The notes under the pieces were generated by a model that was not told where the DNA came from, ran no database searches, and saw nothing but the letters and a program-made list of their open reading frames with translations. Shown here in pieces: positions 55,752 to 64,000 of a DNA stretch of 64,000 nucleotides. The position numbers were made by a program, and so were the translations under genes. Each line of letters begins with the position of its first letter. The first letter of the stretch is position 1. Source of the DNA: Pseudomonadota bacterium (lineage in GTDB: Bacteria > Pseudomonadota > Alphaproteobacteria > UBA11222); assembly GCA_049325255.1 (NCBI GenBank), contig JBMOMW010000057.1, positions 3,804 through 67,803 on the forward strand. The letters run 5' to 3'.

Positions 55752-57299
55752 ATGCAAGCCAGTACCGGCAGAATGGACCACATTACAATGACAATGACCG
55801 AAACACGACCAACGCCTACGTCAAAGCCGAAGCAGGAAAGCACCCATTTTGATGTCATAATCGCCGGGGCGGGCATCTCCGGAGTGGGAGCTGCGTACCA
55901 TCTTACCCAACAGTGCCCGGATAAAAGCTTTGTCGTCCTTGAAGGACAGGAGAGCTTTGGCGGCACATGGCACACCCACCGTTATCCCGGCATCCGCTCC
56001 GATAGCGATCTCTATACTTTTGGCTACCGTTTCAAGCCGTGGATCGGCGCGCCAATTGCAACAGCAGAAGAAATTCTTTCCTATATGGGTGAAGTCATCG
56101 AGGAGAACGGCCTCGCCCGGCATATCCGTTACCGGCATAAAATCACGTCGGCGAGCTGGTCGAGCAAGAACAATCTCTGGACCCTGGAGGTCACCCGCAC
56201 GGATACGGGCGAACAGCTTCATTTCACCACCAATTTCCTCTGGATGTGCCAGGGCTATTACCGCCACGAGAAGGGATATACGCCAGAATGGGAGGGGATG
56301 AAGGATTTCAAGGGCGTGATCGTTCACCCGCAACAATGGCCCGAAGATCTGGATTATAAGGGCAAGCGGGTCATCGTGATCGGTTCCGGCGCGACGGCGG
56401 CGACCGTTGTTCCGGCAATGGCGGCCGACTGCGCGCATATCACGGTGCTGCAACGCTCGCCTACCTATTTTATTCCAGCACGCAATGAGAACAAACTGGC
56501 CGACCAGTTGCGCGCGCTGGAGATCGACGAAATCTGGATCCATGAAATTGCGCGTCGGCAGATCCTGCAGGAGCAGGCCGAATTCACCCGGCGCTCGTTC
56601 GAGGAGCCGGAAGCGGTCAAACGGGATCTGCTCGGCGCCGTTCGCGCCTATCTGGGGCCGGACTATGATATAGAAAAGCATTTCACGCCGAAATACCGGC
56701 CATGGCGCCAGCGCGTCGCCTTTATTCCGGACGGCGACCTGTTCAGGGGCATCGCCTCGGGAAAAGCGTCGATGGTCACAGACGAGATCGAAAGATTTAC
56801 GGAAAAGGGCATCCTGCTAAAGTCCGGCGAAGTGCTGGAGGCCGATATTATCGTCACCGCAACGGGCTTCGATCTCAGCGTACTCGGCGATATCGGCTTT
56901 ACCGTGGACGGCGCCCCTGTCGACTTCTCGAAGACGGTAACCTATCGCGGGATGATGTTTACCGGCGTGCCCAATATGGTGTGGATTTTTGGGTATTTCC
57001 GCGCCAGTTGGACCTTGCGCGTGGACCTGGTTGCCGATTTCGTATGTCGACTGTTCAATCACATGAAAAAGAAGCATGTACGCAAGGTCACGGTGGCGCT
57101 CCGGCCCGAAGACAGGGATATGCCGCTCAAATCCTGGATTGACCCGGAAAACTTCAATCCCGGCTATCTGATGCGCGGCATGCATCTGATGCCCAAACGG
57201 GGCGATAAGCCGGAATGGCAGCACACACAGGATTACTGGACCGAGAAGAAGGAGCTGCCGAAGGTTGACCTTGACGCAAGCGAGTTTCATTACGAATGA
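55752..57299 (+). CDS. flavin-containing / Baeyer-Villiger-type monooxygenase
   Basis: FAD motif VIIAGAGISGVGAA, FMO/BVMO fingerprint FKGVIVHPQQWP, second Rossmann GKRVIVIGSGATA. Probable start is MTMTETRP at about 55788. Confidence 0.8.
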   Translation: MQASTGRMDHITMTMTETRPTPTSKPKQESTHFDVIIAGAGISGVGAAYHLTQQCPDKSFVVLEGQESFGGTWHTHRYPGIRSDSDLYTFGYRFKPWIGAPIATAEEILSYMGEVIEENGLARHIRYRHKITSASWSSKNNLWTLEVTRTDTGEQLHFTTNFLWMCQGYYRHEKGYTPEWEGMKDFKGVIVHPQQWPEDLDYKGKRVIVIGSGATAATVVPAMAADCAHITVLQRSPTYFIPARNENKLADQLRALEIDEIWIHEIARRQILQEQAEFTRRSFEEPEAVKRDLLGAVRAYLGPDYDIEKHFTPKYRPWRQRVAFIPDGDLFRGIASGKASMVTDEIERFTEKGILLKSGEVLEADIIVTATGFDLSVLGDIGFTVDGAPVDFSKTVTYRGMMFTGVPNMVWIFGYFRASWTLRVDLVADFVCRLFNHMKKKHVRKVTVALRPEDRDMPLKSWIDPENFNPGYLMRGMHLMPKRGDKPEWQHTQDYWTEKKELPKVDLDASEFHYE

Positions 57300-57356
57300 G
57301 GCTGATCGGGGCCGGATTCCCGGAATGCGCCAGCCGAAGCCTTTAAGGGCAAAGCC

Positions 57357-57431
<75 letters not shown>

Positions 57432-57523
57432 AATGCGCCGGTCCTGATGGTCAGGCGACGGGGTATGAAGAGGCGCGCAAACTGCCACAGGCGCGGCCTG
57501 TCCGCAAGGATTGATATGCGCGA

Positions 57524-57853
57524 TCAGGAAGCGGACTTATTAGCAGGTTTGTTTTGCGCCAGCATAAAGGCGCGCAGCACCGCGTTGATGCGCGTCTGAT
57601 AGCCTTTGCCGTCCTTGCGGAACCAGTCCAGCACATCCTGATCCAGCCGCAGCGCCACCATTTTCTTGTTCTGGGGCATGACCCATTTTGCAGTCGCAAA
57701 AAATTCATCATCCAGCATCATGGTGTCCGGGTCATCGGCCACCGCGCGCGCAATATCCTCATCGGTCATGGTGCGCAGGCGCTCCCAATCGGTTTCATCT
57801 TTCATTTTAAGCGCCTGTTTGAGGGTAACTCGTGTAATATTTTTTTCGCGCAT
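57524..57853 (-). CDS. brnA: BrnA-family antitoxin (DUF4415/COG3514-like)
   Basis: 109-aa protein downstream of and overlapping the brnT-like gene. C-terminal RLDQDVLDWFRKDGKGYQTRINAVLRAFM is typical of BrnA. Confidence 0.7.
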   Translation of the reverse strand: MREKNITRVTLKQALKMKDETDWERLRTMTDEDIARAVADDPDTMMLDDEFFATAKWVMPQNKKMVALRLDQDVLDWFRKDGKGYQTRINAVLRAFMLAQNKPANKSAS

Positions 57854-58100
57854 TGTTTCCAGCCTTTCTGGCGCTAATTAGTCTGCGATTACCGCCGCGC
57901 CACGTGTAGACAACCACAAACACTTCGTTCTCGACTACTCCAGTGGCGATAATACGATCTTCTCCGTAAACACGCCGGTGGTCTGAAGTTTCCAGTGTGG
58001 TTCCGTCAAAAATCCGCAGGGCCCTCACAAAGTCCACACCGTACTTGACGAGATTTACTTGCCGTTTGGTTTCATCCCATTCAAGACTCAATTCATCCAT
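57807..58100 (-). CDS. brnT: BrnT-family toxin (DUF497)
   Basis: LEWDETKRQVNLVKYGVDFVRALRIFDG is the DUF497/BrnT signature. Start is at the internal ATG (MDELSLEWDE). Confidence 0.7.
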   Translation of the reverse strand: MDELSLEWDETKRQVNLVKYGVDFVRALRIFDGTTLETSDHRRVYGEDRIIATGVVENEVFVVVYTWRGGNRRLISARKAGNNARKKYYTSYPQTGA

Positions 58101-58177
58101 TCTGAATGGACCCCAGAGTGTATATATATTTTGTATATACAAATGTCAAGGGAATATTGCAGTTTAGGCGCCATCGC

Positions 58178-59398
58178 TCATTCCGGTATATTGCGTTTGC
58201 GCGCGGCCAGGGTGCGCAGGCGGAGGGCGTTCAGGCGGATAAAGCCCGCCGCGTCCTTCTGGTCATAGGCGCCGCGGTCGTCCTCGAATGTCACCAGGGC
58301 ATCGGAATACAGGGATTTCGGGCTTTTGCGGCCCACCACCATGACATTGCCCTTGTACAGTTTCAGCCGCACCGTGCCCTCGACATGTTCCTGGCTCTTG
58401 TCGATCAGCGCCTGCAACATTTCGCGTTCGGGCGCAAACCAGAAGCCGTAATAGACCAGTTCGGCATAGCGCGGCATCAGGCTTTCCTTCAGATGCATGG
58501 CCTCGCGATCCAGGGTTAGCGATTCCATCGCCCGGTGCGCCACATGCAGGATGGTCCCGCCCGGCGTTTCGTAAATGCCGCGCGATTTCATGCCGACAAA
58601 CCGGTTTTCCACCAGATCGATGCGGCCAATGCCGTTTTCATGGCCCAGCCCGTTCAGCGCCGCCAGCATGGCGGCGGGCGAAAGCTGCTTGCCGTTCAGG
58701 CCAACCGGATTGCCGTGTTTGAATTCTATCGTGATTTCCGTGGTTTTGTCGGGCGCGTCCTGAGGGGAAACCGTGCGCATATAGACGGCCTCGGGCGCTT
58801 CCTCCCACGGGTCCTCCAGCACTTTGCCCTCGGATGAGGAATGCAGCAGATTGGCGTCCACCGAAAAGGGCGCATCGCCATGTTTGTCTTTCGGCACCGG
58901 GATCTGATGTTTTTGCGCAAACTGAATGAGATCGGTGCGCGATTTGAAATCCCATTCCCGCCAGGGTGCTATCACTTTGATATCCGGGTTCAGCGCGCAG
59001 GCCGCCAACTCGAACCGCACCTGATCATTGCCCTTGCCGGTGGCGCCATGCGCTATTGCGTCGGCACCCGTTTCAGCCGCGATTTCAATCAGCCGCTTGG
59101 CGATCAGCGGCCGGGCGATACTGGTGCCGAGCAGATAGACGCCTTCATACAGCGCATTGGCGCGAAACATCGGAAACACAAAATCGCGCACAAATTCCTC
59201 GCGCATATCCTCGATATAGATATGTTTGATGCCCAGCATTTCGGCCTTTTTGCGCGCCGGGGCCAGTTCCTCGCCCTGGCCCAGATCGGCGGTAAACGTC
59301 ACCACCTCGCAGCCATAGGTCTCCTGCAACCATTTCAGGATGATGGACGTATCCAGCCCGCCGGAATAGGAGAGCACGACTTTTTTGATGTCAGACAT
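58178..59398 (-). CDS. argG: argininosuccinate synthase
   Basis: [11 protein letters not shown]-loop and full-length ArgG similarity. 406 aa. Confidence 0.95.
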   Translation of the reverse strand: MSDIKKVVLSYSGGLDTSIILKWLQETYGCEVVTFTADLGQGEELAPARKKAEMLGIKHIYIEDMREEFVRDFVFPMFRANALYEGVYLLGTSIARPLIAKRLIEIAAETGADAIAHGATGKGNDQVRFELAACALNPDIKVIAPWREWDFKSRTDLIQFAQKHQIPVPKDKHGDAPFSVDANLLHSSSEGKVLEDPWEEAPEAVYMRTVSPQDAPDKTTEITIEFKHGNPVGLNGKQLSPAAMLAALNGLGHENGIGRIDLVENRFVGMKSRGIYETPGGTILHVAHRAMESLTLDREAMHLKESLMPRYAELVYYGFWFAPEREMLQALIDKSQEHVEGTVRLKLYKGNVMVVGRKSPKSLYSDALVTFEDDRGAYDQKDAAGFIRLNALRLRTLAARKRNIPE

Positions 59399-59560
59399 GG
59401 GCTTGGGGGTCCGTTTTTATAATGTTGCAGATTTGCGCGCACTATAGGCAAAACGGGCTGCGCTGGCCATGCTCATATGTAGTTGCCAGCATCGTTGAAT
59501 TGGTCCTATCCTTCCCGAAAGCGGGTGAAATAATAATCCGGTCAAGGATGGGAGGGGCAC

Positions 59561-60295
59561 ATGGGACGAGTGCTTGCGGTTGTGTACGGCGTGCTTGGTT
59601 ATCTGATCTTTTTGATCTCATTTCTCTACGCCATTGGCTTTGTCACCAATTTCGGCGTTCCAAAGGGTATTGACTCAGGCGTGCCGGGGCCGGTGCTGGG
59701 TTCGGTTATCGTCAATATGCTGCTGATGGGGCTGTTCGCCGTGCAGCACAGCGTCATGGCCCGCCCGGAGTTCAAGCGCTGGTGGACCAGAATAATCCCG
59801 GAACCAATCGAGCGCAGCACCTATGTGCTGCTGTCCAGTCTGGCGCTGCTGTTGCTGTATTGGCAGTGGCAGCCGATTCCCGGTCTGGTTTGGAGCGTTG
59901 AGGGTATGGGCGCAACCATCCTGTGGGCGATATGCGCTCTCGGTTGGGCAGTGGTGTTGCTCTCAACCTTGATGATCGGGCATTTCGAACTGTTTGGCCT
60001 GCAGCAGGTCTATCAGAATCTGCGGAATCTGAAGCCCTCCGAACCCAACCTGATCACACCGGGTTTTTATGCGCTGGTGCGGCATCCGATCATGACCGGT
60101 TTCATCATCGCCTTCTGGGCCACGCCGCAAATGAGCTGGGGGCATCTGCTGTTCGCCACCGTGACGACGATTTATATTGTGCTGGCGCTGCAATTTGAAG
60201 AACGCGATCTGATCGGCATATTTGGCGAGCGTTATCACGAATATAAAAGCAAAGTGCCAATGCTGATTCCGTTTCTGAAACGCGGGCCTAAATGA
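59561..60295 (+). CDS. isoprenylcysteine carboxyl methyltransferase (ICMT)-family membrane methyltransferase, MddA-like
   Basis: Polytopic membrane protein. C-terminal [16 protein letters not shown]...[24 protein letters not shown] matches the ICMT/PEMT catalytic region. Confidence 0.65.
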   Translation: MGRVLAVVYGVLGYLIFLISFLYAIGFVTNFGVPKGIDSGVPGPVLGSVIVNMLLMGLFAVQHSVMARPEFKRWWTRIIPEPIERSTYVLLSSLALLLLYWQWQPIPGLVWSVEGMGATILWAICALGWAVVLLSTLMIGHFELFGLQQVYQNLRNLKPSEPNLITPGFYALVRHPIMTGFIIAFWATPQMSWGHLLFATVTTIYIVLALQFEERDLIGIFGERYHEYKSKVPMLIPFLKRGPK

Positions 60296-61439
60296 CTGAC
60301 TGGGTTTGAGTTCCCTTGCGCGCCCGTTCGCTGTTACTTTTCAACTGGCCGCAGGCGGCCATGATGTCGCGGCCGCGTGGGGTGCGCACCGGGCTGGCGT
60401 AGCCCGCGCGGTTGACGATTTCGGCGAAGGCTTCGATCTGATCCCAGCCGCTGCATTCATAGGGCGCGCCCGGCCACGGATTGAACGGGATCAGATTTAT
60501 CTTGGCCGGAATGCCCGCGATGATGCGCACCAGTTCGCGCGCATCGGCCAGGCTGTCATTGACGCCTTTCAGCATCACATATTCAAAGGTGATGCGCCGC
60601 GCATTGGAGGCGCCCGGATAGGCGCGGCAGGCGGCCAGCAGTTCGGCAATCGGATATTTGCGGTTCAGCGGCACGATTTCATCGCGGATTTCATCGCGCA
60701 CCGCATGCAGGGACACCGCCAGATTGGTGCCGATTTCTTCACCACAGCGCTTCATCATCGGCACGACGCCAGCGGTTGACAGCGTGATGCGGCGGCGCGA
60801 CAGGCTCAGCCCTTCATTGTCCATGACGATCTGCAACGCGGCTTTGACATTGTCGAAATTATACAGCGGCTCGCCCATGCCCATCATGACCACATTGGTC
60901 AGGTGGCGGTCGCAGCTCTGCCATTCATCCAGCGCATCGCGGGCCACCATCATCTGCGCGATAATTTCCGCGGGCGTCAGATTGCGCACCAGCATCTGGG
61001 TGCCGGTGTGGCAGAATTTACAATTCAGCGTGCAACCGACCTGCGACGACACACACAATGTGCCGCGTTCATCTTCGGGAATAAAAACCGTTTCGGCTTC
61101 CTTGCCGTCGGCGAACCGCATCAGCCATTTGCGGGTGCCGTCCTTTGAAATCTGTTCGCTGGTGATTTCGGGCCGCGCCAGCGTGAAACGCTCACTGAAC
61201 AGGCTGCGTAAATCCTTCGAGATATTCGACATGGCGTCAAAATCCTGCACACCGCGAAAATACATCCAGTGCCAGATCTGTTGCGCGCGCATCTTTACAT
61301 GATGTTCGGGAATGCCTGCGGCGCGCAGATGCGGCGCCAGCTCCGCACGCGAAAGCCCGATAAGATTGGTCTGCCCCGTTACCGGCGCGTTGATAGTGGC
61401 GATTTGCATAACAGCTTTTATTGGTACATGCGTCTTCAT
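60288..61439 (-). CDS. rlmN: 23S rRNA (adenine2503-C2)-methyltransferase, radical SAM
   Basis: Radical SAM motif [18 protein letters not shown] and RlmN-type flanking sequence. Confidence 0.9.
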   Translation of the reverse strand: MKTHVPIKAVMQIATINAPVTGQTNLIGLSRAELAPHLRAAGIPEHHVKMRAQQIWHWMYFRGVQDFDAMSNISKDLRSLFSERFTLARPEITSEQISKDGTRKWLMRFADGKEAETVFIPEDERGTLCVSSQVGCTLNCKFCHTGTQMLVRNLTPAEIIAQMMVARDALDEWQSCDRHLTNVVMMGMGEPLYNFDNVKAALQIVMDNEGLSLSRRRITLSTAGVVPMMKRCGEEIGTNLAVSLHAVRDEIRDEIVPLNRKYPIAELLAACRAYPGASNARRITFEYVMLKGVNDSLADARELVRIIAGIPAKINLIPFNPWPGAPYECSGWDQIEAFAEIVNRAGYASPVRTPRGRDIMAACGQLKSNSERARKGTQTQSVI

Positions 61440-61440
61440 G

Positions 61441-61980
61441 CTATTTTACGCCGCAGGCCTTGTTGATGGTCTTTAGCGCGGCGCTAAAGCCAGCCAGTGA
61501 ATAAGTGTCCGTGGTTTTGGTGCCGCGCGCCGATGCGCCGCTGACGGTCAAGCTGTCGCCCTGCTTCATGGCGGTAATCACGCGGGCCTCGTCTGCGGGT
61601 TTTTCAACCCAGGCGCCATCGCCTTCCGTGAACAGGGTAAAATTCTGTTTGCCAATGGTCAGGGTGGCGCCACTGCCGGGTTTGAACGGATAGCCCGCAA
61701 TCACACTCACCTCATTGACCACCTTGCTGGCGGGGCGATGGGTGATAAACAGATAGACTTCGCCGCGCTTGGCGCCCGCCGGTTCGCTTTTCCCGGGGGC
61801 GGCGCGCATATAGCAGGATTTGGTTTTTCCTTCGGTGACCACAAACGCATCCCAGTCACGGCTGCTGCCCAGCAGGGTCGGCGCCGCCATGGCCTGCGGC
61901 ATGCCCAGAACAAATATCAGCAGGGCGCCATGGTAGAGCCGGGTCAATTTTTTCATACAAAGCTTCATATGGGTATGCAT
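61441..61980 (-). CDS. ialB: invasion-associated locus B (IalB) family protein
   Basis: Signal peptide and IalB-family sequence ([19 protein letters not shown]..., C-terminal INKACGVK). Family is typical of Alphaproteobacteria. Confidence 0.75.
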   Translation of the reverse strand: MHTHMKLCMKKLTRLYHGALLIFVLGMPQAMAAPTLLGSSRDWDAFVVTEGKTKSCYMRAAPGKSEPAGAKRGEVYLFITHRPASKVVNEVSVIAGYPFKPGSGATLTIGKQNFTLFTEGDGAWVEKPADEARVITAMKQGDSLTVSGASARGTKTTDTYSLAGFSAALKTINKACGVK

Positions 61981-62124
61981 ACGGCCACCTTCATCGTCTT
62001 CAGCTTCAGCCCTATACTATTTATTGACCTGCAAGGGCAAGTACGGGAGGTTCGCAAGCCGTACATCTTGTGATAAGTCTAATTCACAGACATTTAATTA
62101 AACCTACGAAAACGGGAAACACTG

Positions 62125-63114
62125 ATGAAAGCAGTTTTATGCAAGGCCCTGGGAATGCCAGAAACGCTGGTTCTGGAGGAAGTGGCCGATTTCAAGGCCG
62201 GTCCGGGCCAGGTGGTGATAGACGTCCATGCCTGCGGGGTGAATTTCCCGGATTACCTGATCATTCAGGGTAAATATCAGTCCAAACCGAAACTGCCCTT
62301 TTCGCCGGGGGGCGAGGTGGCGGGCGTCGTTCATGCGGTGGGCGAAGGGGTCAAGGGGCTGGCCAAAGGGGACCGGGTGCTGTCCTTTATTGGCGCCGGC
62401 CATGGCGGTTTTGCCGAACAGGCGCTGGTAAAGGCCGAAATGGTGACCAAAATTCCGCCCCAGATGGATTTCACCACGGCGTCAGCGTTTCTGCTGACCT
62501 ATGGCACTTCCTATTATGCGCTGAAAGACCGGGGCGATCTGAAGCCGGGCGAAACCCTGCTGGTGCTGGGGGCCTCTGGCGGTGTGGGGCTGGCGGCGGT
62601 GGAACTGGGCAAGGCCATGGGCGCGCGGGTGATTGCGGCGGCGTCCACCGATGACAAGCTGGCGGTGTGCAAGGCGCATGGCGCGGATGCGCTGATCAAT
62701 TATGACACGGAAGATCTGAAAGAACGCATCAAGGCGCTGACGGGCGGCAAGGGCGCGGATGTGATTTATGACCCGGTCGGCGGTGATTATTCCGAGGCCG
62801 CGCTGCGCGCCATCAACTGGGGTGGCCGCTTTCTGGTGGTGGGATTCGCCAATGGCGAAATCCCGAAAATTCCGCTCAATCTGACTTTGCTGAAAGGCTG
62901 CCAGATTGTCGGCGTATTCTGGGGCGCAAGCATCGAACGCGACATTGCGCATTTCCAGAAGCGCAATGACGAATTGCTGGCCTATTATGTGGCGGGCAAA
63001 CTGAAGCCGCTGGTGACGGGAACCTATCCGCTGAAAGACGTGGCGACGGCGCTGAATCTGCTGGCGGCGCGCAAGGTAACAGGTAAGCTGGTGCTGCTGA
63101 CGGGGCGTTCTTAG
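62125..63114 (+). CDS. NADPH:quinone oxidoreductase (zinc-type ADH superfamily, MDR)
   Basis: GASGGVGLAAVELGKAMGARV Rossmann motif. Qor-like sequence. Confidence 0.85.
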   Translation: MKAVLCKALGMPETLVLEEVADFKAGPGQVVIDVHACGVNFPDYLIIQGKYQSKPKLPFSPGGEVAGVVHAVGEGVKGLAKGDRVLSFIGAGHGGFAEQALVKAEMVTKIPPQMDFTTASAFLLTYGTSYYALKDRGDLKPGETLLVLGASGGVGLAAVELGKAMGARVIAAASTDDKLAVCKAHGADALINYDTEDLKERIKALTGGKGADVIYDPVGGDYSEAALRAINWGGRFLVVGFANGEIPKIPLNLTLLKGCQIVGVFWGASIERDIAHFQKRNDELLAYYVAGKLKPLVTGTYPLKDVATALNLLAARKVTGKLVLLTGRS

Positions 63115-63133
63115 TCCGTACAAGGAGAAAGCC

Positions 63134-63676
63134 GTGGCTGAATTTTTCGATCATATACCGGAAAATCTGCAAGCATTTATTGCGGAACAGAAACTGTTTT
63201 TCATCGCCACGGCGGCCTCCACCGGGCGCATCAGCCTGTCGCCCAAGGGCATGGATACGTTTCGTTGCCTTGACGCACACAGGGCCGCCTATCTGGACCT
63301 GACCGGCAGCGGCAATGAAACGGCGGCCTATCTCAAGGCCGACGGGCGCGCCACCATCATGTTTTGCAGCTTTGATCACCGGGCGCTGATCCTGCGTCTG
63401 TACGGCAAGGGGCGCGCCGTGCGGCCCGGTGCATCCGAATGGAACGCCCTGATCGGAAAATTCCCGGAAATTCCCGGCGCGCGCCAGATCATGCTGTTTG
63501 ATATCAACAGCGTGCAAACCTCGTGCGGCTATGCCGTACCGGAATATGAACTGAAACAGGAACGCCAGATTCTGAAACAGTGGGCCGGGAAAAAATCGCC
63601 CGAAGAACTGACAGACTATCAGCGGCAAAAAAATGCTGTTAGCATTGACGGCTTCGACACAGGCCTGATTAACTAG
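63134..63676 (+). CDS. pyridoxamine 5'-phosphate oxidase-family (FMN-binding split barrel) protein
   Basis: N-terminal IPENLQAFIAEQKLFFIATAASTGRISLSPKG is typical of the PNPOx-like/general stress protein 26 fold. Confidence 0.65.
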   Translation: MAEFFDHIPENLQAFIAEQKLFFIATAASTGRISLSPKGMDTFRCLDAHRAAYLDLTGSGNETAAYLKADGRATIMFCSFDHRALILRLYGKGRAVRPGASEWNALIGKFPEIPGARQIMLFDINSVQTSCGYAVPEYELKQERQILKQWAGKKSPEELTDYQRQKNAVSIDGFDTGLIN

Positions 63677-63705
63677 CGAAACAGAATAATGAAAGGGAAT
63701 GGCGA

Positions 63706-64000
63706 TGGAAAAGCTGGAACAGACAGTGCCGGGTGGGCGGGTGGCGGGCCAGTTTGATCCGCGTTTCAAGGCGGTGGCGGATCGCTTCGCCGCAAACTTT
63801 TCCGAGTTCGACGAACTAGGGGCATCTGTTTGCGTAACATTGAACGGCGAAACCGTGCTGGATTTATGGGGCGGCCGTGTGGTGCCTGATGCGCCCGCAG
63901 CGTGGAATGCCGATACCGTGTCGATCGTGTTTTCTTCCACCAAGGGGGCGACGGCGTTGTGCGCGCATATTCTGGTGGACCGGGGCTTGCTTGATCTTGA
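63706..64000 (+). CDS. beta-lactamase-family serine hydrolase (class C/esterase-like), 5' partial, continues beyond the window
   Basis: Manual translation gives MEKLEQTVPGGRVAGQFDPRFKAVADRFAANF...VSIVFSSTKGATALCAHILVDRGLLDL. SSTK is the S-x-x-K active-site motif. Not in the ORF track because it runs off the edge. Confidence 0.65.

Noticed and set aside
62876-63943. 355-aa minus-strand ORF spanning the qor and PNPOx-like genes
   Set aside because: It spans two well-supported plus-strand genes and their intergenic spacer, and its translation is low-complexity. Spurious long ORF of a high-GC region.

Overview
High-GC bacterial chromosome segment, most likely alphaproteobacterial. Supporting this, the tRNA-His gene has no genomically encoded G-1 and carries A73, and an IalB-family gene is present. 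Edge-truncated genes are absent from the ORF track but readable: a GMC oxidoreductase at the left edge and a serine hydrolase at the right edge.

Layout:
(1) 1-3 kb: partial GMC oxidoreductase and an LpxR-like ORF.
(2) 2.1-6.6 kb: an atypical two-component pair, a hybrid sensor kinase with an NCS1-permease-like N-terminal domain and Cys-rich insert, plus a REC-LuxR regulator. It is transcribed divergently from (3).
(3) 6.8-13.4 kb: urtABCDE-fmdA-fmdB urea/short-chain-amide uptake and formamidase operon.
(4) 13.7-14.1 kb: a 5'-truncated IS5-family transposase remnant marking the start of an accessory block.
(5) 14.1-28.7 kb: Crp/Fnr paralog 1 followed by a copper resistance/homeostasis cluster. 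Genes are PcoB, a multicopper oxidase, a cupredoxin, LemA-TPM-TPM, a CFA-synthase-like gene, YHS proteins, csoR with a Met-rich Spy/CpxP-like protein, and a Cu-ATPase with a YHS N-terminus.
(6) 28.7-49.8 kb: a hypoxia/dormancy-like island studded with FNR boxes (TTGAT-N4-ATCAA). Genes are a prs-like pseudogene, xfp, a frameshifted ackA, a beta-CASP MBL RNase-like gene, an AMP/thymidine-phosphorylase-family gene, a nitroreductase, Crp/Fnr paralog 2, an HPF-cold-shock-domain fusion, acyl-CoA synthetase with fused E1alpha/beta, E2 and an ACP-like gene, an Rv2004c-like APH kinase, prs-like, PRTase, dienelactone hydrolase, a solo divergent GroEL, and Hsp20.
(7) 50-64 kb: largely housekeeping genes: ldtD/ycbK-like, tRNA-Ala, yggT-yggU-folD, a TPR lipoprotein, tRNA-His, a BVMO, tRNA-Thr with adjacent BrnT/BrnA toxin-antitoxin, argG, an ICMT-family methyltransferase, rlmN, ialB, a quinone oxidoreductase and a PNPOx-like gene.

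The most interesting content is the FNR-box-linked island, which looks like a nucleotide/ribose-to-acetyl-phosphate ATP-salvage plus ribosome-hibernation module. It is bracketed by two paralogous Crp/Fnr regulators that carry an unusual C-terminal Cys3-His motif. The second highlight is the transporter-like sensor kinase next to the amide/urea operon. Coordinates of short motifs may be off by 1-2 nt because they were indexed by hand.
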